DNA from: a virus
Taxonomy: Duplodnaviria; Caudoviricetes
IMG/VR virus record: IMGVR_UViG_3300033508_000131
Location: 1-25,154 of that record
Direction: 5' to 3' (one strand)
Length of the DNA: 25,154 nucleotides
Shown: one piece after another, positions 19,311 through 25,154 of the stretch
How the letters are laid out: every line of letters starts with the position of its first letter
Numbering within the stretch: position 1 is the first letter of the stretch
Made by a program: the position numbers and the translations under genes
The notes under the pieces: model-generated
Databases searched by the model: none
Seen by the model: only the letters and a program-made list of their open reading frames with translations
Told to the model about the DNA's origin: nothing

Positions 19311-20868
19311 CGTCCTTTCTCCTTTCCTTTTTTGTATCCTCGTCTACTTCACCATTTTTATCTACTTTTTCGCCCTTACGAGTTCCCCCTTGTCTGTCCT
19401 GCTTAGCGTTGGCCTGGACAGTCTCCGGAAATTCGATTCCGTATTTAGCTTCAAGTTCTTTTCTCTTAACAAGGACAAGCGCATCCTCTTCGACTTTATC
19501 CAACGCTTCATCAATACGCTCACTGCGCGTTGAATCATAGTCTGTTCCTCTACGGTCGTGAATGTCATGGATTGAAGTTGTCTCATTTGTGAGTTCAGTC
19601 TTTTCACCACGGGCATCCTTCTCTGGATCTAGGATTGAAGATCTAGGAGCTTTAATATACAAGTCAATATCGTCGGGCTTAATATTTGTATCACCCATCA
19701 TGTAGTATTCAAATAGGACACTTGAAACGACTAACCGAGCGACCTTAGTTGCCCAAATGTCCCAACCGATAAGACTCCGTTCCATTTTAAGTTGTCCACC
19801 TTTCCATGAGGAATAGTTTACATCTTTCAAATCTTGGTGGAGAATCTCATATGGAATCTGCATCGGCATACCTGTCAGTCTGAGGATACGTTTAATAAAC
19901 ATATCATCACCTTCTGAAGCAGGTCTAGGTATGAACGGTTGCAGAGTCTCGCCTGGTTTTAATGAAGCGATCATCCCTGGGGCTAACATCCCACGAACAT
20001 TCATATCATTCTGATTTCTACCCGAGACTAGAAGATTATCGGCAGTCTCATTTGAGTTAGTCGATTGAATGAAACCTGCGATTCCACCACTTGTCCGTTT
20101 ATTGATAAGTGTGGTATTAAGGTAATCTTCAAAGTATCTGTGCAAAGGAGTTGCACTTGTCAAAGGAGGTATTCCACGTGTTTGGTCTGCCGGACAGAAC
20201 TTTCCATTCTTAACCAAGAGAGCCACACGTCTCACTACCTTTTCACCATCAACATCTGCTTCTCTGAAGAAAGGCAGATACACAAAATCTTCATCTCGTT
20301 CAGATCGTGTTGTGTATATACGGTTAGCATCTTGTAACTTACGAACAAATGCACCAACAGCAATACCATCTACCGTTTTAATTCCCTCAATTACTGATGG
20401 GTCTTTACGGTAAGCAGGTGGGTTCTTGATACGTCCACCATCAATCACTTCGACATAAGTCTTAAGACCTTTTTCTACTTTTGGATTGAGAGTAATGTTT
20501 ACAAGACAGTCACCTTTCTCAAATGACATTCCTGCCACTTGTCTCAGAATCTCTGGAAGAGAGATATCTCGTGATTTGTTCACTTGTGCTAAGTCTCTGT
20601 TTAGCTTACGAGCTAAGCCTTTATGTAGCTTGCGTCTGTACATCGGCTTAACAATTACTTGGTCGCCACATACATGATTTACTACAGCTTCACGACTTGA
20701 GTCAGCCATGAAATTGTTTCGAATCAACCAAGTAGAGAGCATTCTCAACTTAGTGATATTTTCTCGTTGACTTAAGAGTACGTCCGGATCTTTTTCAGTA
20801 GAAAACCACTGACCACGGAAGTAGTCAGTGTTCAACGCTTTAAAGTCCTCTTGTCCATAACTAGACAT
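19297..20868 (-). CDS. Portal protein, lambda gpB family
   Basis: Motifs QTRGIP, LKPGE, IPYEILHQDLKDVNYSS and ILDPEKD. The GAGGAGG SD supports the ATG at 20868 rather than the ORF-track start at 20952. Confidence 0.93.
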   Translation of the reverse strand: MSSYGQEDFKALNTDYFRGQWFSTEKDPDVLLSQRENITKLRMLSTWLIRNNFMADSSREAVVNHVCGDQVIVKPMYRRKLHKGLARKLNRDLAQVNKSRDISLPEILRQVAGMSFEKGDCLVNITLNPKVEKGLKTYVEVIDGGRIKNPPAYRKDPSVIEGIKTVDGIAVGAFVRKLQDANRIYTTRSERDEDFVYLPFFREADVDGEKVVRRVALLVKNGKFCPADQTRGIPPLTSATPLHRYFEDYLNTTLINKRTSGGIAGFIQSTNSNETADNLLVSGRNQNDMNVRGMLAPGMIASLKPGETLQPFIPRPASEGDDMFIKRILRLTGMPMQIPYEILHQDLKDVNYSSWKGGQLKMERSLIGWDIWATKVARLVVSSVLFEYYMMGDTNIKPDDIDLYIKAPRSSILDPEKDARGEKTELTNETTSIHDIHDRRGTDYDSTRSERIDEALDKVEEDALVLVKRKELEAKYGIEFPETVQANAKQDRQGGTRKGEKVDKNGEVDEDTKKERRKDDGNW

Positions 20869-21106
20869 TGTAACCTCCTCCAAAAGAAACAAATCTTGCG
20901 CCACCATTGTGACCAAGATCTCCCGCTTCTTCTTCCCGAACTTTTTCGTCAAGGTATTTTGAGAAGGCTATAACATCTCCTAGTTGCCGGAAGGTCGTTT
21001 GTAAGTCATTCGCACCTTTTGACTCTTCTACGAGCCACCGATCAACACGTTGTTCAACGAGGGCTTTTAGAAAGTTTGTTCTGATAGTAGACCAAGTTCC
21101 TGCCAT
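20861..21106 (-). CDS. Head-tail joining protein (gpW-like)
   Basis: 81 aa between terL and portal, as in lambda gene order A-W-B. GAGGTG SD. Confidence 0.65.
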   Translation of the reverse strand: MAGTWSTIRTNFLKALVEQRVDRWLVEESKGANDLQTTFRQLGDVIAFSKYLDEKVREEEAGDLGHNGGARFVSFGGGYNV

Positions 21107-21123
21107 TGAGCACCTCTCTTTGT

Positions 21124-23109
21124 TTATAAATAGGTTGTTGTATAACCGTAGTTAGATGATCCAGTTCCTGCACGTTGTTGCGGTTGAGAGAAAGGAGTTG
21201 TATTAACTTCCTCAACCTCTTTAGTCTTCTTGTTTCGACTAACCACATCACCTTCATATTCTGCAACAATCTGACATGGGTTATACTTCCAATCAGGAAC
21301 CTCAAGCATATTACGCATTGTAGATGTACCGAAAGGAATATCAAGAGCAATAAAGTTGTGGATTTCAGCCATACGATAGTCAGTTTGACCACCATTTTCT
21401 TTAATCCAAACAGTCTTATTCTCTCCTGTTTTTTTGTTCTGTTCTTTTACTTTCTTCGCTGTAACAAACTGATTAAAGTAATCGTCTTCTACCCCATGGA
21501 ATAAAGTCCAATACTCTTTAAGACATTCATTCTCAGTCATTTCTAGGTAGTCATATGTCTTAGCAAACCATAATCCAGGAATGTTACTTGAAGGGACTAA
21601 CGGGACAGCCTGTTGTGTATTTCTACCTTTAACACGGATAGCCTTACTAAGGTATGAGACAATGTTTTTCATCTCAACTTCTCGGTGACCTGCTGTATCA
21701 AATGCCCAACGTCCAATTTTCCACTTAGTTCCAAACTCACTTGTGAAAATTCGTTCCTCTACATTGTCTTTAATTACCTGTGCAAACTCTTTTATAGAGA
21801 CTGACTCTATCTGAGCAGGTAAAAACATTGTATCAGTCAAGTGAGTTCTACGACCGGAACCATGACAACGGAAAGTTATGTATAATCCGTTGTCTTGGGT
21901 ATCTGCTCCGGCGGTTATTACTTTTGTCCATTCCGGAATTACTCCTCTCGGCAAGTCAATCACTCTGTCTCGGAGAGATTCTAGTGCCACTTTACTTTCA
22001 GACAGTCTAAAGAATCTAGCAAGCCAACACTGAATGAAATTTTTCATGTCGTGAAACTTACCTTTAACTTCAATAAACTTTCGTGCTATCCGCACAAACG
22101 ATCTGAAAGGACTAACCATAGAAGTAATCCAAAAATAGTTATGGGTTTGAACAAAGTCTTCCCAATTAGGAAAGTCCTCAATTGTTACACCATCATAACC
22201 TGCCGGAGCGTATGCTCCTATTGCGTTCCATTCACGTTTTTTATTGTCATCCGGAAACGCGTGTTCTTTACAATATTTACAAATACATTTGGCATCTAAC
22301 CCGTCCTTATCAGACCATTTAAGATTCTCAAAGAAGTCAAGAATCTGAAACTTACCACAGAGAGGGCAGGCATTATACCAAAAGAAAACCGTTGTGAAAG
22401 GTTTGTCAAGCTGTTGATGCAACAAATCCCCTTCAACTGAAGGGGTACTTGCTACATACATTTGACCACTACCTTCTTCAAGGTATGTTGTTAGTCGGTC
22501 TCTTAACAACTCGATTACGTTTGATTCCTCACCGATGGTTAGTGGAAACAACCGCAATTCGTCAATGATAACTCGTTTGGCGGGAGTAGAACTTAAAGTC
22601 CCCAACGATCCACCCCACCCAGGCTGTATACTCATCTCTTTAAATCTGAGCATACTCACGTTTAAGTTACGTGATTTTGGTTCAAGAACAGCATCATAGA
22701 GTTCTGGGGTACGCTCCACCATCCCTATGATTTTATCTTCGATAGCCTTACGTGCAGATTTCTCATCTGGAAAGGTATAGATAAGTGTCCCTGGGTCTTG
22801 ACAGATACTGTCTGCCACAACTGTTTGAAGATACGTTGACTTACCACCTTGTGTTGGGCCAAGTATACCAATCGTTTCTACGCCTCTTCGACCTGTTAGT
22901 TTCAGAGGAGCTTCGTGGTATGGGGTAAGTGTCAAGTCGATTCTGTCTACTACGTTCTTCGTAGGATTCAATCTGATTCGACTAACCATCTCACGAGCCG
23001 GAAATCTTTCCGGTATACGAAACAAAACCTTTTCACCTTTAGACAGGCGGAAAGGTTTAATATTTTTAAGTTCATTATCCAAATTGAATGAGGTGTCTAC
23101 TTGCTCCAT
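21124..23109 (-). CDS. terL: Terminase large subunit, GpA family
   Basis: Walker A GPTQGGKST, Walker B VIIDE, coupling motif ASTP, CPLC...CKYC zinc site and nuclease motif GADTQ. Confidence 0.96.
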   Translation of the reverse strand: MEQVDTSFNLDNELKNIKPFRLSKGEKVLFRIPERFPAREMVSRIRLNPTKNVVDRIDLTLTPYHEAPLKLTGRRGVETIGILGPTQGGKSTYLQTVVADSICQDPGTLIYTFPDEKSARKAIEDKIIGMVERTPELYDAVLEPKSRNLNVSMLRFKEMSIQPGWGGSLGTLSSTPAKRVIIDELRLFPLTIGEESNVIELLRDRLTTYLEEGSGQMYVASTPSVEGDLLHQQLDKPFTTVFFWYNACPLCGKFQILDFFENLKWSDKDGLDAKCICKYCKEHAFPDDNKKREWNAIGAYAPAGYDGVTIEDFPNWEDFVQTHNYFWITSMVSPFRSFVRIARKFIEVKGKFHDMKNFIQCWLARFFRLSESKVALESLRDRVIDLPRGVIPEWTKVITAGADTQDNGLYITFRCHGSGRRTHLTDTMFLPAQIESVSIKEFAQVIKDNVEERIFTSEFGTKWKIGRWAFDTAGHREVEMKNIVSYLSKAIRVKGRNTQQAVPLVPSSNIPGLWFAKTYDYLEMTENECLKEYWTLFHGVEDDYFNQFVTAKKVKEQNKKTGENKTVWIKENGGQTDYRMAEIHNFIALDIPFGTSTMRNMLEVPDWKYNPCQIVAEYEGDVVSRNKKTKEVEEVNTTPFSQPQQRAGTGSSNYGYTTTYL

Positions 23110-23768
23110 ACATCAAACTCCTTGTCGAAGTCTGCTAGTGGGTCAGCATTGAAATCATCAGCTTCAGCTTCCTCTGAGGAATCAACTAATGTGCGTTTAC
23201 TAACTTCGTTAGTCAAATCAACTTCCTTACGTGACTCTGAAATACGTGTAGCAAGCAAGCGAAGACTACCATCTTCTTCCCACTCTTTAACTTCTACAAC
23301 GTGCTCCTCGATACGTTCAAAAAGACTATTAAACAATTTGGTCAAAAGTTCTTCGTTCTGTCTGTTGTCTCCTGGAAATTGATTACTAGCCATTTTAATG
23401 AAGAGTTGTACCATCTGCTGATAACCGGATAACATCTCGATTACCCTTACCTTTGCAATGTCTTTCTCCATTAACTGACCAAGATCTTTTTGATTTTTGA
23501 TCTGTAAGTGAGTGAGTCTCTCGTGCTCCTGCAATCCTTTGATAGATGCTAAATCTGTGTCAGCACCTGCACCCTTAAGAGCTGTGCGTATGTTTGTGAA
23601 TTGCTTGTGGAATGCACAGAGTGTAGCCAACAGAGGGATACCACCACTTGTTGGAATGCCTACTTGGTCAAGGTCACGCTTTTGGATTCGTGTGAGTGCT
23701 TCAAAGCGACCTTTAGTCATATATGTTTCATCGTCACCAAAGAAGTTGGTTTCAAACTGTTCGGACAT
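23097..23768 (-). CDS. terS: Putative terminase small subunit (Nu1-like)
   Basis: 223 aa overlapping the terL start. Helical ERLTHLQIKNQKDLGQL segment as in Nu1-type proteins. GAGG SD. Confidence 0.7.
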   Translation of the reverse strand: MSEQFETNFFGDDETYMTKGRFEALTRIQKRDLDQVGIPTSGGIPLLATLCAFHKQFTNIRTALKGAGADTDLASIKGLQEHERLTHLQIKNQKDLGQLMEKDIAKVRVIEMLSGYQQMVQLFIKMASNQFPGDNRQNEELLTKLFNSLFERIEEHVVEVKEWEEDGSLRLLATRISESRKEVDLTNEVSKRTLVDSSEEAEADDFNADPLADFDKEFDVWSK

Positions 23769-23811
23769 TTTTCAACCTCAATGGTTAAGTTTATTCGACT
23801 AACTAATTGGA

Positions 23812-23916
23812 AAATGCCCAACAGATTCTTAGTTCCTACTGCTCACTGAGTTCCTGGAGATGAAGGCAACCATAGCTGAGTTATTGCAGTAGAAACTAAG
23901 GATCTGTTGGGCACTT
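23812..23916. repeat. Long inverted repeat (28-31 bp arms, 43-nt loop)
   Basis: TGCCCAACAGATTCTTAGTTCCTACTGC (23815-23842) pairs with GCAGTAGAAACTAAGGATCTGTTGGGCA (23886-23913), with 2 mismatches. Confidence 0.92.
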
Positions 23917-24024
23917 AGAGAGAAGACGAAATGCCCTAAACTTCTGCTCTCATATCTATATGAACAGGCTCGTAGCCTATCTTATTTATTCGACTAACCG
24001 TCTTGTGTTAGGACGTGCTAGCCA

Positions 24025-24068
24025 AACCTTAGCAAGTTGGACTCGTGAGAGACTTTCCTGCTAAGGTT
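24025..24068 (+). other. Stem-loop capped by a GNRA tetraloop
   Basis: 10-bp stem AACCTTAGCA/TGCTAAGGTT enclosing CTC-GTGA-GAG. Confidence 0.6.
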
Positions 24069-24314
24069 CTTGCAATTGTTTATTCGACTAACCGTATTTA
24101 TTCGACTAACCAAAAGAGACTAACTAAGTTAGTCGCTAATGGTTAGTCTCTGAAGTACAGTCCTTCGACTAACCAATTTTATTCAGGACGCGGTTTCCGT
24201 GCTAGCGTTCATTTTTAGCACGTTATCGACTAACTCGACTAACCACCTCAATTAGGGCATATTGAGACATTGAAAAGATATATCATGCCAAAAGGAAAAG
24301 CAAGAAAAACAATG

Positions 24315-24402
24315 AAAATAGTTGATTAATTGGCATTAATTTCGTAAGGAGTTGATTTTGAGTGTCCGATTATTAAGATTAATTTGATCTAAGTCATTGA
24401 TT
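24315..24402 (-). promoter_or_regulatory. IHF consensus sites (WATCAANNNNTTR)
   Basis: Exact matches AATCAACTCCTTA (24345-24357) and AATCAATGACTTA (24390-24402). One-mismatch copy AATCAACTATTTT (24315-24327). All on the minus strand. Confidence 0.6.
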
Positions 24403-24421
24403 TTGCTAGAGTTAGCTATCC

Positions 24422-24481
24422 TTATTTATATATATATTTAATTTAATTTAATATTAATAATAATAATAATAATAAATATAA
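24422..24481. other. 60-bp pure A/T tract including (TAA)7
   Basis: No G or C from 24422 to 24481. (TAA)7 lies at 24455-24475. Confidence 0.9.
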
Positions 24482-24713
24482 CTATAGTATTCTATGTAAA
24501 AATTAAGTCGGTTAGTCGAGTTAGTCGATTTTTTGTCAGATCGCTCTGCTCCGGTAAGGGACGGGCACGAAAGGCTATTTAAAGCAACAGAGAGACGCTA
24601 CAATGACCTTAAAACTATATTAGAGTAACATTATAGGCCTAAATGGTTAAAGGGCCTTAAAACGTCTCCCTGTGAAGGTTAGTCGAGAAGGAACTTATTA
24701 ACTATTGACCTGT

Positions 24714-24730
24714 AGCAATTGCCATGCCAA
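24714..24730 (-). promoter_or_regulatory. Sigma-54 (-24/-12) promoter consensus, copy 1
   Basis: Minus strand TTGGCATGGCAATTGCT matches YTGGCAYGRNNNTTGCW with exact GG-N10-GC spacing. Confidence 0.7.
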
Positions 24731-24780
24731 TCTCTAAATTAATCGTGACTTAATGAGCAGTTAATTAAATTATGGGCATA

Positions 24781-24797
24781 AGCAATTGTCATGCCAA
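24781..24797 (-). promoter_or_regulatory. Sigma-54 (-24/-12) promoter consensus, copy 2
   Basis: Minus strand TTGGCATGACAATTGCT, 67 bp from copy 1. Confidence 0.7.
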
Positions 24798-24814
24798 CCT
24801 TCTTTCGACTAACA

Positions 24815-24918
24815 CGACTAACCAATTTAATTAACTCAAAATTAATTGGCAGTTAATTAACTTCGAGTTTCGCGACTAACCAATTTAATTAACTCTGACT
24901 TAATTAGCAGTTAATTAA
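24815..24918. repeat. Direct repeat of a 46-bp unit with 58-bp period
   Basis: CGACTAACCAATTTAATTAACTC-N4-TTAATT(G/A)GCAGTTAATTAA at 24815-24860 and 24873-24918. A partial third copy lies at ~24736-24768. Confidence 0.9.
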
Positions 24919-25154
24919 AATTGAAAACAGATTCTTACAATCTTAGTTAGTCGAATCCCTGCACCGGAAGCGACTAACCATTAATTTAGACATGAATTTA
25001 CATGAAATATAAGCATATTCAGAACTGAATTGACCTCAGAATTATGGTATTTAACATGGTTAGTCGAATAAAGAAGATTAGTTGGTTGTCGCTAAGGTTT
25101 TGTTGGGCATCACCACTAAAAAATTCGGGTGGTTACTGTGCGAGAAAAAGCCAC

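Larger units (their letters stand above)
24225..24529. repeat. Perfect 20-bp inverted repeat made of tandem motif cores, flanking an AT-rich core
   Basis: ATCGACTAACTCGACTAACC (24225-24244) and GGTTAGTCGAGTTAGTCGAT (24510-24529). Confidence 0.92.
603..25072. repeat. Dispersed asymmetric motif TTTATTCGACTAACC (core TCGACTAAC), 36 exact core copies by manual count
   Basis: Reading GTTAGTCGA on +, near: 603, 5194, 6193, 7261, 7798, 8530, 8809, 10202, 10586, 13097, 13796, 14858, 16252, 17515, 18740, 20055, 24510, 24520, 24677, 24945, 25058. Reading TCGACTAAC on +, near: 4471, 11676, 12358, 15436, 16460, 21233, 22976, 23793, 23988, 24082, 24100, 24163, 24224, 24234, 24803. Confidence 0.97.

Noticed and set aside
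20869-20952. N-terminal extension of the portal in the ORF track (and the similar extensions for capsid 17493, neck 16404 and terminator 15727)
   Set aside because: Downstream ATGs have better-placed Shine-Dalgarno sequences, and the portal extension overlaps the gpW-like gene.
1-23768. Apparent frequency of CCGG/TCCGGA
   Set aside because: By eye I cannot distinguish it from the level expected from composition and codon usage. It would need a k-mer count.
851-23849. The many plus-strand ORFs and nested minus-strand ORFs in the ORF track
   Set aside because: They lie almost entirely within long, motif-supported minus-strand genes and show no recognisable domains, so they are best read as shadow ORFs.
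23843-23885. Box C/D-like or hammerhead-like motifs in the long hairpin loop (CTGA...GATGA...CTGA)
   Set aside because: There is no proper RUGAUGA box C and no CUGANGA/GAAA hammerhead core. The matches are too short to support a call.
23790-24244. CRISPR-like or TIGR-like guide array built from the repeated 15-mer
   Set aside because: Spacing is irregular (about 195, 94, 18, 63, 61 and 10 bp), the repeat is short and also scattered within genes, and no cas- or tas-like gene is in the window.
24285-24329. Short + strand ORF MPKGKARKTMKIVD
   Set aside because: Only 14 codons with no clear SD, and it overlaps putative regulatory sites.
25030-25057. Sigma-70 promoter on the + strand (TTGACC...)
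   Set aside because: No convincing -10 hexamer at 16-18 bp spacing.

Overview
This window is the left-arm morphogenesis module of a tailed dsDNA phage with a lambda-like head and an apparently non-contractile tail. All genes lie on the minus strand. From right to left: terS, GpA-type terL, gpW-like adaptor, portal, S49 protease, scaffold, decoration protein, major capsid, two tail completion proteins, tail tube, a tail assembly chaperone pair joined by a -1 frameshift, tape measure, two Dit-like proteins, hub/tip, tail fibre, a small hypothetical, a membrane protein and a truncated DUF1353-like gene. Upstream is a ~1.4 kb ORF-free control region. The most unusual signal is an asymmetric motif, TTTATTCGACTAACC (core TCGACTAAC). 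By eye I count 36 exact core copies: 23 across the gene region, in four different reading frames and mostly 0.3-1.3 kb apart, and 13 in the non-coding end. There the sites flip orientation around IHF-consensus sites and a 60-bp pure A/T tract. The same region carries two consensus sigma-54 promoters facing the late operon, 58-bp-period operator-like repeats and a cluster of long hairpins just upstream of terS. Protein calls come from motif recognition and synteny only. No database searches were run and counts are manual.
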